Below, piece by piece: positions 11,687 through 24,452 of a stretch of 52,891 nucleotides of DNA (position 1 is the first letter of the stretch; the number at the start of each line of letters is the position of its first letter). The position numbers and the translations under genes were made by a program. Under the pieces are notes generated by a model, which was not told the DNA's origin, made no database searches, and saw only the letters and a list, made by a program, of their open reading frames with translations. The stretch is from Girardia tigrina (lineage: Eukaryota): assembly GCA_001938485.1 (NCBI GenBank), contig MQRK01214009.1:1-52891 (forward strand), in the 5' to 3' direction.

Positions 11687-12408
11687 CAGTGGTTCCCAAC
11701 CTTTTTTGGCTCATTGCTCCTTTCCGGAGGTTGACTGTTACCCATCGTTCCTCCCCCATTTCATTTTCATCGGTCGCCACTATTTGAAGTAATGTGTAAC
11801 ATTTATTTACACTGTAAATAATAATGCAGTTTTATTATTTTAAACAATTTTTTTACCGCACAAAAGCAACCGAACCGGTTTTATCATTAACTCTTAAATA
11901 AAATAAAAAAATAAAATGTACATTTTTTTACAGATTTTTTTAAGAAAAAAAGCAAAATAATTAATAAAGATCATTACCTAGATTTAAAAAATCTGGATAA
12001 ATAGGTGTTTTCATTTTTAAATTGGAATCTTGAAAACTTGCTACAGTTAACAGTTAAAATTTGAATAAATAAATGAAAGTTTGAAAATTTTGTTATGGTT
12101 TTGTTTTATCTTTCAATGGATATATTTATAATGGATATATTGCACTTTTTTTAGAAAATAAAAGATTTATAATTTCATTATAATACCTGTATTTTTATAT
12201 TAAATGTTCTAACAAAATTAATATTTTATAATAAACTTTTAATCTTCCCATTTGAATATCCTTTTCCCGTCAAATCACCAAAATCATCCCCCTGTTTGAG
12301 AACCACAAATTTATNNNNNNNNNNNNNNNNNNNNNNNNNNNNNNNNNNNNNNNNNNNNNNNNNNNCACCCATTCAGGGACGATCGCCCCCCTAGATTTGG
12401 AACCACTG
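11687..12408. mobile_element. hAT (Charlie-like) MITE
   Basis: TIRs CAGTGGTTCCCAA...TTTGGAACCACTG; 8-bp TSD ATCTAACA / GTCTAACA. Confidence 0.85.
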
Positions 12409-13002
12409 GTCTAACACAAAAGTGAGATTTCCTTTAAAAATTAAATACTAAAAAATAATAATTTATCATAACTTTAAAAATCAAATTTTAATTAAAAATC
12501 ATTTTTATTTTTAATTATTCTAAAATATTAATAAAATTAAATTAACATTAATTTAACAGAAAAAAAATTCAACAAAAAATTTAAATAAACAACTTTATTA
12601 ACTTTATTTAAGTTTAATTAATTTTCAAAATTTTATTTAATTATCTGTCAATTAATTGAATTACAAATGATGTTAAAATCAAAATGATGCAATTAATATT
12701 TTTTATTTTGATTGGTTAATTAATATTTAATTGCATTTTCCCTTCATATTGATTGGTTCGTTTTGAATTATTAATTAATATAATTATGGAAATGTTTTTT
12801 GTTTCGTAATATTTTAAAATAAAAATTTTAAATCTATTTTTCTGTTCTTTAAACAAGTAACTTTTTATTTTTCCCGATAATTTATATTATAATTAATTTT
12901 GGAAATATAAATTATTTTATTATTATTTTTCTACCTTTCTTTCTACTGATATTATTGAGTCAATATTCTCTTCGTTTACATTTTATTATTGTTATTGTTA
13001 TT

Positions 13003-13040
13003 AATAATAATAATAATAATAATAATAATCATAATAATAC
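13003..13040. repeat. (AAT)n microsatellite
   Basis: Direct reading of the sequence. Confidence 0.9.
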
Positions 13041-13078
13041 ATTTTTTATCATCAGTCATTTCATATATTGCATTGTAG

Positions 13079-13737
13079 ATTCGTTTCATGTTTCGGATCT
13101 CGTCAAGTAATTCAACATCGCTAAACGAAATGTATATAAATATGCGGTATAATTTACTTTTCTCTCAAATAAATTAACAAAACTCTTTCAGGGCCCTACG
13201 TCAAAAGAGTCAAATAAAGAATGAAGATTCAATATTCAATAAGAAACTTTCTGACGTTTGCGAAGTTTCGAAAAATAATTTCGCTTACCAACTTATCATT
13301 CAACAATTGAATTCCGATTCTGAGCCAAAGGTATCGCAATCTCATTCTGAGTCGATTTCAGAATCTCTTTCTGTCTCAGTCCAAACTCCAGAAAATTCCA
13401 AATTACTACCTTCAAAATATAAAAAAAGTTTAAATTAATTTTATTTTTATAATGAAATTCTCTTTTAAATCTCTAAATGAATATAGAAATAGAGCATGAA
13501 ATATTGTCCACCCCTGTAAATAAAGATAAAAAGACAATCAGCATTCGACGACGAAGTGGTACCCTACTCAAGCAAGTCATAGATTCGGCTAAAAAAATCA
13601 TTAGAAGACCCACAAGATCAGATAAAGACAAAACCGGTGAGAAAAGAAGTATTCTTCCAGATGATGTTTCTGATGATCCGAAAAACTTTTTACATTTTAC
13701 GAAGGTTATTAAAAAACGACATTCGTTTCAGAAATGA
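13079..13737 (+). CDS. Spliced gene of unknown function (at least 3 exons; Ser-rich then basic)
   Basis: GT-AG introns 13147-13191 (45 nt) and 13428-13486 (59 nt) join three stop-free exons in frame: (IRF)MFRISSSNST...NMR|ALRQKSQ...KYKK|KIEHEILSTP...FQK*. A further intron 13705-13761 and an upstream acceptor at 13078 are possible. Confidence 0.65.
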
Positions 13738-14583
13738 AACTTCTTCAATTCGTTAACTTAGATTTATCGCTTTGTTTTGAATAAACTATTTCTTTTGTTC
13801 TTTTATTTCTAAAATCTCAAATTTATTGTGATTAATCGATAGATTTTAAATAAATTACACAAAAAATATTTCACTTTCTGACACACAAAACACAAAGCTT
13901 AAGACCCCTCAACAATGGAACTAATCATAACCAATGAAGGTTATTTTTCCAATAAAAACTACTCATTTCCATCATTAATTCAACAATGTTTTTTTTCGTG
14001 AAGAAAGGTTTATTTTTCTCCAAAGATGTACTAAAAAAGTCATAAGACGTTACAACAAAAGCAATGATCTAAAGATTAAAATTATAAAACAAACAGTAAT
14101 AATCTTAGAACGGATTATGAGAGAACGCGGAACGAATTTTGTCTGTCATTTAGGTTTTTATTGTTGAGGATCAAACAAAGATAGTTGATTCAGTATTATC
14201 TTTTACCAGGGTCCTATAATGATGTCAAGATGACCTAGTTTCTCGCCAATAATCAATTGTTACGATATTTTGACCTAACACAAGTTGATTCGAGTTTTCA
14301 CTTGCATTTGCTATTTCAATTTATGTAACCCAGGTCAATATAGAACACTGCAAAAGGTTATTAATACTGTTTCACTTCTACATTGAATTATAAAATAATG
14401 ACCGATGAGATAGATTCAGCATAAAATTACCGGTCAACAGTGTGTTAAAAAGTAAAATATTTTTTATTTTTCAAAAAAATTATAAGTTTTAATTTCAGAT
14501 TTTAAAGGAATTATTTCCTTGTTTTTATTTTACTTAATTATCTAAGAAATATCGAAAATTAATAAAAAATATTTTTTGTTTAA

Positions 14584-14821
14584 CCCTTTCAACACTGTTG
14601 GGACATATGGTCCCTGAGCATACCCTTTCAACACAAGTTTTTTTATTCCAATAAACCATGTAATATTATAGCCCAAAATATTTTTTCTAATTTATTTTAA
14701 CGAGATTGATTTAATTTAATTTTCTAATAATATGATTAAATTAGTCAAAATAAATTGGAAAAAAATATTTTGAGCTATAATTTTACATGGATTACTGATA
14801 TAAAAAATCGTATTGAAAGGG
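14584..14821. mobile_element. piggyBac-type foldback MITE
   Basis: TTAA|CCCTTTCAACAC...GTATTGAAAGGG|TTAA; 14622-14821 is an imperfect palindrome, and the left end is duplicated. Confidence 0.8.
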
Positions 14822-15171
14822 TTAAGATGAAAATTAAATTATGTATTAATAGTTGATGTATAGGGACTATTTAAATAAGCATATCTCTTGTTGCATCAGT
14901 AATTAAAAGATTTATTGAAAAATCATATTAGGATAAGCCGCTGATGACGCAACAACATTGAGTGGTACTTTAATCTTTCCAAGTTTAAATTTCAAATTTA
15001 TATTTCTACTTTTGAAACATTTTTGTCAAATTTACTGATTCGAACTAATCTACACTGGATTCGTGGATTGTATAAAATATTCTTGGGAATTTTCAATCTT
15101 TGTCTTACACAAAAGATTCTCTTTTATTACATAGAATATAATATGAATTTAAAATAACTATATAATTGATT

Positions 15172-15616
15172 CAGGGGTGTAGCAAGAATTTCATTTCGAG
15201 GGGATAATGATGAGCACGCTTCTAATGATGATTTTAAGCTTCAAGTTAAACTTTTTAAATTTCAAATTAAAGTTTTTGAAATTCAAATTAACTTTTATAA
15301 AATACCTTGCAAACTAATAAAAGATTAATTGGAATTTAAAAAATTTTAATTTGAAATTACGAAATGTTAATTTGGGTTTCAAAAAATTTATTTGAGAAAT
15401 AAAAGTTTAATCTGAAATTAAAAAAGTTAAATTTGAAGTTAAAAACCTATATACTTTACTATAAATAAAATTTTTTTAAATACTTTTTCATCTTAATTTT
15501 TAATTTTAAAATAATTTCTTAATTTTTTTTTAACAAGCTGTACAAATTTTTTGGGGGGAATACAGAGATTTTGGGGAAGAAGTAACCCCCACCAGAGAGC
15601 TCTGGCGGGAACACTG
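15172..15616. mobile_element. hAT-like MITE relic(s) with internal inverted 21-bp-like repeats
   Basis: Starts CAGGGGTGTAGC and ends GGCGGGAACACTG. The termini do not match each other, so it is probably chimeric. Confidence 0.4.
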
Positions 15617-16162
15617 CATCAATCGTCTGGAATCTACAACAATTGTAAGATATGCTCTCTTAATCCCGCTTACTGGAAACTCATCTGACAGATATTTTAG
15701 TTATACATTTGGATATTCATTGGTACTGTTATATTTATATAAGGTTACGCTATACTCTAGATCCCTATTATCATTTTGAGACCCTTATTTAAATTTGTCA
15801 GTAAAAAATCTGTTTTAAGTAATTTGTGGTTCAAGTAAATTCAACTATCACCGTTGTAGCGTTATATTAAGTTTTACGGTTTTGCCTGTACTAACTTATT
15901 GCTATGACCCATGATTAATAATCTGAATACGACTATTGTTGTTTACATAATCATGAAATATTATATATAACTTTTTTAAGAAAATTATTTTACAAAACTT
16001 CGTTTACTGATATTAAGCCGTGCTGAATAATCGAACAATAATGTTCTTTGATTTACAACTCAAAACCGATTGGTAAATAAAATTAACTCAATAAGACAAA
16101 TATAAAATGAAACAAATAAATTAATGAACTAAAATAAGGCAATTATAATTAAGTAGTCAAAC

Positions 16163-16519
16163 TAGGGATTGCATATCCGGAATTCGTTCAATAAATATAA
16201 TATCGAATTCGGAAATTTTCATATCAAATTCTGAATTTAAATTTTATAAAACAAATTAAAACAAATATATAGTTTAATTTATTTTCTTCATCTTTAAACA
16301 AATTAAAACAAAACAATAATTAATTTTATCATTTTTACTAATGAAAATTTTTCTGTGCTAACTAAAGTTTTGTAAATCATTATGTTCCTTTTTATTAATA
16401 AATGTTAATTAATTTAATTGTTGTTTTTTGTTAATAATACCTAAAAAAGGCTAATTTTTTTCGAATTTCGAGAAATATCAAATTTGAATTTGATTTTTTG
16501 GCAAAATTTGCAATCCCTA
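16163..16519. mobile_element. hAT MITE
   Basis: TIR TAGGGATTGCA / TGCAATCCCTA with a perfect 8-bp TSD AGTCAAAC (16155-16162, 16520-16527). Confidence 0.92.
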
Positions 16520-16842
16520 AGTCAAACTATAAAATCTACACTATATCACAAATTTAGTTAGAGCTAAATGTAAGTATCAGTGGTGCATGCAATTAGTGTA
16601 GTCGGATATCGATTAACTGACTTTTCTTCTGGATTGTACATGCCTAATTTATGACAATCATTTTCTCGTAATATTCTTTGACCAATCGCAATCTGGATAT
16701 TATTGATTTTCATATATTGCATATATACAATCATTTGTGAGGAACCAAACTCGAATCGGACATGAGGGACGGACAGCTTTCTCGTTTCTTCGATATCAAT
16801 CTCCTTAAACCTCAACGTCTGTATATTCTTGTATAATCGGTT

Positions 16843-17800
16843 CAGTGGCGTACCGGGGGGAGGGCGGTGTGGGCCCCGGGCGCCGGAGAGTGAGGGGCGC
16901 CAAAAATCAGCATCAAAGTGACAGATTAAATCATGCGGCTTAATTTATATGCTTCATGTAAATTATTTATCAATTGTAAATAATTTTTATTTACTCATTA
17001 GTCTCCAAATTTATTACGTCAAGCAAAAATTTAAGTGGAGCTCAACATCGCAAAAGAAGGCAACAACAAGAAGCTGATGCTAAAAAATGTGACTCATTTT
17101 TTTGAAACAGCGATCAGAAGAGGAAATCAACAGTTATGAGTCTGATATGGATAAGCGTGGACAAGATGCAATAACTGAACCTTCGGAATACCTGAATCAA
17201 CTAGATGACCTTGATGACATGTATCATCTAATGGCAGCCAGAAATGCCAGGGTCAGATTCATGTCATGAGGCTGCTCAAGCTACTGATGAATATAAACAG
17301 CGTATGCTTTTATTCACATGATTTAGGATATGCTGATATTGATTACATAAAAAGTTTATCAATTGTGTCGGACAATGTCCGCATGGAGTTGGTTTGCCGT
17401 GGGTCAAAAGTATTTCAAAATTAGGATACTGATTTTGCAGTTATTGCAGGCCGTTCAATGACATCAAAGGGGTTTAAACGTAGTCTTAACAATTAAGAGG
17501 AAGTTAACAGATCTTGGTTGGTTTATTCACCATCTCAGAATCTGGCATACTGTTTCAGTTGTGCATTATTCCCCTCATCAAGTAGTAACTCTTGATCTTC
17601 ATTTCAGTTGTAAAACCCGGCTTTAGTAATTGGCGACACACAGGATCATGAAACCAGCCCAAGTCATTGAATATCTTTCACCAAATGGAATGAAATGTAA
17701 CATCGGATTTCACAAGGTAGGTTGATAGATAAGGAAGTTGAAAAAAATTCTAAATGACAAACAGAAATGGCTTGAAGTGCTGAAACAACTTGTTGATATG
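16843..17800 (+). mobile_element. hAT (Tip100/ZMYM1-like) 5' half with TTF-type zinc finger, decayed
   Basis: Terminus CAGTGGCGTACCGGGG; translated pieces LSGAQHRKRRQQQE, RSWLVYSPSQNLAYCFSCALF, GFSNWRH; many stops. Confidence 0.8.
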
Positions 17801-18180
17801 CAAGGAAGAGGCGCGTCCGTTCCCCTGAGTAACGAGTGAGTCCTGATGGAATTGTCGAGAGAAATACAAAGTGCATACGAGTTGTCTTTAAACTCAGAAA
17901 ACGACTGGGGGCTCTGAGTCAACAAAAAAGGTTGTGTAGAAAGTGGAACGCGACAATATCAGCAAGTAGCATTGCATGAAAGTTTACAAGAAAAAACCTC
18001 GTTTTGCACAAGATCACAACAGTATTGTTTTAATCGTGTACCATTTAGACTTTCAACAGCACCCGAACCGTTTCAGCGAATGATGAATTTATTATTTGAA
18101 GATATGCTATTCTCTGGAGTAATAATATGCCTAGATGATGTCTTAATCTACTCAAAATCAATGGGGAACCATTGCAAAGG
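17800..18180 (+). mobile_element. Gypsy integrase-like scrap plus reverse transcriptase fragment
   Basis: DGIVERN near 17850; KTSFCT...FNRVPFRLSTAPEPFQRMMN...ICLDDVLIYS at 17972-18170. Confidence 0.8.
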
Positions 18181-18484
18181 AGAGATCAAGAAAAGAATGT
18201 TCTTTAAAAATATTTTAGAGGTTTTATAATCTTAAAAGTATAATTAATTGCTACTTTTACCTTCATTCAGTCTGTCATAGATTTCCTCTATTAAAAAAAT
18301 TTTGGGCTCTCTCTGAGTAGTGTTAATATTGTAAGATTAAACAAAGAAGGATACAATCAAAATTTACTGAAATTTCAAAATTCAATTAACGATAAAAAGA
18401 TCTTTATATAATTTATACGATACATTAATTATCCAGAATAAATAGTGTGCAAGATGATCCATAAATCTAACATCTATGAAGTTT

Positions 18485-19012
18485 AACTAAAGGCGGAATA
18501 AGGCATATTTTTGGTATATTACAAAATATAATATTATTTCTTTAATATTTATTTCTCAATTTAAATAAGTTACTTAAGTCTTTCTTTATTTCTTCAAGTT
18601 AGAAATTGCAGATTTATAGAATATCAATTTTTTGTCTAGAAAAATGAAAATATTTTTTGCGAAAACAGGTAAAAATGTGTCAGGTGTTGATGAAAGTTTT
18701 AAGGTAAATGATAAAAGAGCCCTTCGGTGTAATCTGTTAAAATAATCTTCTATTAATATTTTAACTTAATTAAATAGAACTGTTTAAACATTATGTCATA
18801 ATTATTATCTCTGATATTCTTAAATGGACATCATCATACTTACAGTTGCGCAACAATTGATAAAGAGTCAAATGGCCAATTTGTGAATCCAACAAACCTT
18901 TTCGAAAATATTGAATAATAAATTATTATCATTTAAAATATTCTTTTGAAAAGTGAATTGACACCGTTGATAATGTCATGAACCTGTCTTTGATAAAAAA
19001 TAAAAGAAATTT
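18485..19012. repeat. About 528-bp direct duplication, copy 2
   Basis: Matches 11109-11637. Confidence 0.95.
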
Positions 19013-19059
19013 TATTTTAGAATTTTATTTTGTGAAATATTTTGTTCTCCATTATTACA

Positions 19060-19390
19060 TCCTTCATCAGTCATGGTTTTGGCAGCCATGTCTGCAAAGC
19101 ATCACATTTCCCATTATTTCTATACTTATCAAGTTACTGTCAAATCTTTCATCACCATACTTTGCAAAACCCATTTTAGCTACATTGGAGGCAAATGACA
19201 TCTTGGTGTAGTCTCACTTGCAACAAAACGGTGCACCAGCGCCCAATTCATTAACTATGAGGAAGGGTTTGAAAGAGAAATTTCAAGACAAATGGGTAAG
19301 CAAATTTGGACTGATTCCCTGGCTTTCTCAAAGTCCTGACCTTACTTCGTGCGACAATGCTTAGTGGGGAATCATAAAGCCAAAAATTGT
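19060..19390 (+). mobile_element. Tc1/mariner transposase fragment with DD41D (rosa-like) spacing
   Basis: QQNGAPAPNS...FQDKWVSKFGLIPWLSQSPDLTSCDNA*WGIIK; 41 residues between the mutated second Asp position and the last Asp. Confidence 0.75.
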
Positions 19391-20435
19391 TGTTTTATAT
19401 TTTATAATTTTTTAATATTATTTATTTCTTTTATTTTTCTCGGAAGCCGATATTTGTTTATTTTCTAATTTTGAATTTTAATTAATAATAATTTTATTTT
19501 AAATATATTAATTTAAATATCATTAACATTAGTTTACAGTTATTTCAAGTACATTTCAAAAAATAAAAAAATTCATTTTAATTTTAGAAAATAATTGAAT
19601 TAAATTAAATTTCAAATAAATCTCAGAAAAACACGTCTCACTTTGACCTTCTACAACCACCATAGAACACTATGGTAAACCATGTCATCTTTTCTCGTTC
19701 AACAGAGCCAAAAGTGCCAAATTGCAGTTTACGTAAAATTAAAACATTTCTAATCTCAATTTATATAATTGGCAATTTCTTTCACTTGTTTGTAGGGCAC
19801 TTCAACCTATGACCATTTCAATATTGTATATTTTCAAAGCTCGACCTATTCTTTTTTCCCGCACAAAAAATTAATTGTAATTAAATATTAATTGAGGAAA
19901 TATATGTTATTAATTGACAACACATTAATTTATTATGATTCAAAATCATTTATTTCTCAAAAATGAAATACAATACACATCAAATCTACAGTAAACCAGC
20001 AATTTGTAAAATTAATAGATAAGTTAAATCCTAGAACAAGTTAAAAATAATAATTTATTGTGATTGTTAAATTAGTAAGTTAATCATAAATCAAATGAAA
20101 ATAAAAGAAACATAAAATAATCACATGTTATCCAAACATAATCATTTAAAAATATGAAAACTACTTTAACAGGCTATAAATTTTTTTACCTGAATTATAA
20201 ATTAGTAATCACTTTGTTAACAATTTAGACAATATACACAATAAAATTTTTTTCATTTTTACAATTTTATTTGATATTTGTACAATATTACTAATTTTCT
20301 AATTTTAATTTTCTGAATTATATTGAAATATGGGTTGAAAGGACCGGGGTTGAAAATGCAAATTGGTTGAAATCGTCGGGGTTCAAATGAATATGGGTTG
20401 AATTAGGTCATGGTTTGAAACGCCCCACAACCCTC

Positions 20436-21343
20436 CTGCTTGTATATAATGTGTCAAACTACTTGGGATGTCGATTATCTCAACATTTCTCTTAATATAA
20501 TGTTCTTTTACTTGTTGACCTAAATGAACTCGACATTTATTCCAAATAATAGAATAACCATTGTATTTTTCAATCAAAGGAAACATATGATAAGTCCTCT
20601 TTATAATTAATTCTGGGTTCACCCATGATTGGATTGGATAGTATGCATGACACAATTTAGTTTGCGAATAATAATTCTATCCTTTCCTTTATGGATTACA
20701 AAAGCGATTGCCTTCCTACTATCTGCCAAAAAATCAGTGTTGTTACTCTCATTGAACTAAAATCAGTTGATTTCATGACTTCGAGACGTGCTCAGAGCAA
20801 ATCCATAGTACTTGTTCTAGTATCCCAAATAAATACTCTGATTTCACCCACGATTAAAGTCTTTAATATTTAAATAATGAAGACGATTTTTAAAATATTT
20901 CGTATAATTAATAGCAGGTAAAATTATGCCAGTCTGATAATGTTGTTAAATTGGTAGTTTACTAAAGTTTAAATACATTTCTCTTAAAAAAACCCTGTTA
21001 TTCAATTTCCAAAAGCCTTTAATTTAATATTAAACTCTTTATATAACACTACCGCTCTATCATAAATATACTTCCCAATTCCTTTTATTTTTTGTATTCT
21101 AAGAAATGTTATCTCATCGCATTTAAAAACTGGTTTTCTTTCCTGCTACAAACTCATCTTGCATTCATGGTTTTTCACTAAAAAGTTTGGCTTTGTTTTT
21201 AAACTACTATTGAAGTATAGAATGGTCATATATTTCCCAGTTTTAAACGTTGGAACGTTATTTTGTAACATAGCGCATTTTGATTTGCTACATAAACTCA
21301 ATGATTTCTTTTTAGCAAGCAATTGTAAATGATCATTGACCAT
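20436..21343 (-). mobile_element. pogo/Tigger-like transposase relic
   Basis: IIWNKCRVH...VKEHYIKRNVEIIDIPSSLTHYIQA fits the pogo LI.D...H....K......IP...T..LQP motif; upstream sequence is decayed. Confidence 0.6.
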
Positions 21344-21849
21344 AAGAATTTTAAAAATCGAATATTTATTAATTATAAAATAATATAATATAATTAAAAC
21401 AATTTGCTCAATTGTAAATGATATTATATTTAGTTATAATTATAATTGATTTTAAAAAATCTTAAATAGTGATAAAATTTGAGTCGTGATATTATTAAAA
21501 TAATATCGCTAAAAAAATTTAAATTTGGTAATATTATTTGGGTTGTGATACTATTTGGGTTGATGATACTTTTCGGGGATATCCGTTATTATGAATATCA
21601 AATTTGAAATATTGAACAAGTGTTTCTTAGAATCCTCTAATGAGACTGTAATTATAGAACGAGAAAATGAGACTCTGAAAAATATATTTTTTAATTAACG
21701 TCGAATTTGAGGCGGTTTACTTTCATCGAAAATTCATTTCTCCTCTTTTACTCTCACAGAATCTACGACCAGAAATTCCATTTCAAAGACTGTTCATTCT
21801 AAAATAAAAATATTTTTATAAAATAAAACTTTATAATATTATATATTAA

Positions 21850-22512
21850 CACATTGTAATCGGATCACGTATTAATATGTTTTTAGAAAATTAATGCTAG
21901 AGAGCGGATCACGTATTTATACGTTTTTGATAGATTGTTAGTGAAGCGCGGGTCACGTTAAAATAAGGGTTCCAATATACTTGAGTTTTCGCTATATAGC
22001 GTCTGTAGGGTTGTAGCCATGCAGGTAAAAACCTTTTGAGAACAATAGATGGGGTGTACGATGGGTACCGAGGTAGTGTTATTCATCACAAAAATAGTCG
22101 AAGATAACGGTACATATAACGGCAAATTTTGTGAAGTTCCCCTACACAGGGGCAAATGTTTTGAAAGATATCACACCCTAAAACAATACTAATTTTTATT
22201 TTATATTTAGAAATAATTTTTGTGTATAATTTGTAAAATAAAGAATGTTATGTAAAAACAATATGATTTTTTTCAAAACTTTCTTACTTTATGTGAAATG
22301 CTGCACAAGTTTAACGATGAAGAATACATTTCTAAATATAATAAAATAAAGTGTAATAAAATAAATAATTTGCAAAAAGAATTATTGAAATCAAACAAAT
22401 ATTTTTGAAGTTATCGCAATTTTTCTAGAGGTCTACGTTAGCGCGAAATTACGCGAAAAATCACCCGTTACCAGCACTAGTACGCGGCCGAAAACTGCCC
22501 GATCACAATGTG
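21850..22512. mobile_element. piggyBac-type non-autonomous element with a nested TAGGG...CCCTA insert (22006-22180)
   Basis: TTAA|CACATTGTAATCGG ... CCGATCACAATGTG|CTAA; subterminal repeats CGGATCACGT (three copies, one variant). Confidence 0.75.
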
Positions 22513-23039
22513 CTAACAGAAGACTTTTCAAAGTAATTTAAAAAAATATGTGTTACAAACATGAAAGATATTCAAATAATAAAATGAAAAATAATAATTA
22601 ATATAAAAATATTTTTATTAAATTATGAAAATGAAAAAACTCAAATAACTTACAGAAGAGGCAAAAGTTAACAGAGAAATAAAACATGGAGTTTATTATT
22701 TTTGTCTTAAACTTCAAAACATCTTCATCTGGTTAATGATGAAACTGGATTTAAATCTGTTATTTATTTATTCATAATTTCTTATGGCATTTTATTTACC
22801 AAATAATGATCATAAAATGAACGATCATTAATTAATACCGATAAATATTAATACAAATACATTAAAAATTATTTTACAAAGTTTTTAAGTGATAGTTTTA
22901 CTTAAAATTAAGTGTAGCGATTATTTCACGCGTTACGCAACGCAATCGTAAATCCGGTCGCCATGCAAATATTTAAGAACATTATTTTAATTAAAATATT
23001 AATTTTTAATTGTTAATTAACCGGCGAGCACATATTCGC

Positions 23040-23975
23040 GAAAACCATATCCATTTTATATATTGTTCGCACGTAAAGGATGTTTGACTTCGAAAACCAC
23101 ATTCATTGCAGACAAAACATCGTCGTCTTTGATGACTACCATCGTTTACGAGCGGAACTAGCGATGGCGAATGTTGTTCAACAAGTCTGGACTTAACTGT
23201 CTGATTTATGGCTCTGTGGAAGTATGCTCTACTCTAAATCATCAGCTGGTGCAATGAAGTAAGCATATAAACCTCTCTTTTATCTTTCCACTTTAGAGCA
23301 AATAATGTCTCATTATTTGCATGATCAATCTGACCTAAAATTTGGTCTAAATTAGGAAAACATATTCTATTTTTACGAACTGTTCCACAAGCATTTGTTA
23401 GATACTGCTGGAGAACTTTAAATAAATTTGGGCTTGTATATCAATTGTCTCCATATTTTGTCGATATCCAATTGAATTTTGACCTTGATAACGGTTGGCG
23501 TCACTTACAATTATGTCGATCAAAGCAATCAAAGAAATATTTGATATAATAAGTGGTAGTCAACCATTAGAAGCAATATTTAGTCTATGTCCTTGAATAA
23601 ATTGATGAATTGTAGGCGAAAATTTTGAATTATTCCATTCAAAATTGTCTGAGACATTCGCTGGTTCAATATCATCTTTTTCGTTCTTATCTTCATCCGA
23701 ATCATAGTTTGACATGCCATCTGCATAAACATCATCAGTTACTTCGTTTTCAGCCATAACATATAAAAATATTAATTGTTTTGATGTTATCGAAAAAAAT
23801 TTGGCACAAATTCAAACCAATACAACTATTTCTGTGCACAGGATAAGCGCAAAATTTTAATAGCGCATCAAAATGCTTTCTTTAAGCTTTAAAACGAATT
23901 TAAAATTGTTGACCATAATTAACTAAAAGTTATAAAAATTACTGACTCCGTACGGAGACACCAGACTCAATAGGA
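23040..23975 (-). mobile_element. piggyBac (PGBD4-like) transposase relic, internally deleted
   Basis: Acidic N-terminus, DN*YTSPNLF...ACGTVRKNR, LKWKDK and a C-terminal RRRCFVC. The terminus near 23975 has TTAA and a subterminal palindrome CTCCGTACGGAG. Confidence 0.8.
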
Positions 23976-24452
23976 TTAAAATACTTCTCACAAATAAAAC
24001 ATTGCAAAATTCGAAAGTCGTCATGATACGCGAACATTAATCCATCTTGTACAACATATCAATGAGAATCTTTGTGATCCGATTTTTTTAGTGAATGTAA
24101 TGTGTCAAATGCATTTAACATAATTTCAATAATGAAATGGTTAAAACGTGTGGCTATTTTAGGAAAAAACTATTCCAATCTGTGAGGATTTTGGGAAACT
24201 GTTATATTTTTGAATTAAACAAAACATTTAAAATTAATTTTAAAATATAAAAGTACAAAAATAGAGATTTATTGTAAAAATAAATAAAGACGATAAAATG
24301 TGGTATGAAGTTACAATATTAATAATATTTAAAAAGAAATGTTTTAGATTAAATTTAAAGTATTGACATTTGTAAATTAAATAGTTTTGAAAACGAATTA
24401 AATATAAAACTTAAGAATAGTTACACAGAATTTAATAAACTTTTATAAAGTA

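Noticed and set aside
14941-14975. Hammerhead ribozyme core (CTGATGA here; similar at 40092 and 46182)
   Set aside because: No stem II followed by GAAA at any of these sites.
16564-16830. 83-aa minus-strand ORF
   Set aside because: No recognisable motif, TTG start, and cut by a hAT terminus; it cannot be supported as a gene.
20330-21585. CRISPR-like spaced repeats (GGGTTGAAA near 20330-20420; GTGATA/TTGGGTTG near 21470-21575)
   Set aside because: The period is about 15-16 bp with no spacer-length unique sequence, the context is eukaryotic and there are no cas genes. These resemble subterminal repeats of DNA transposons.
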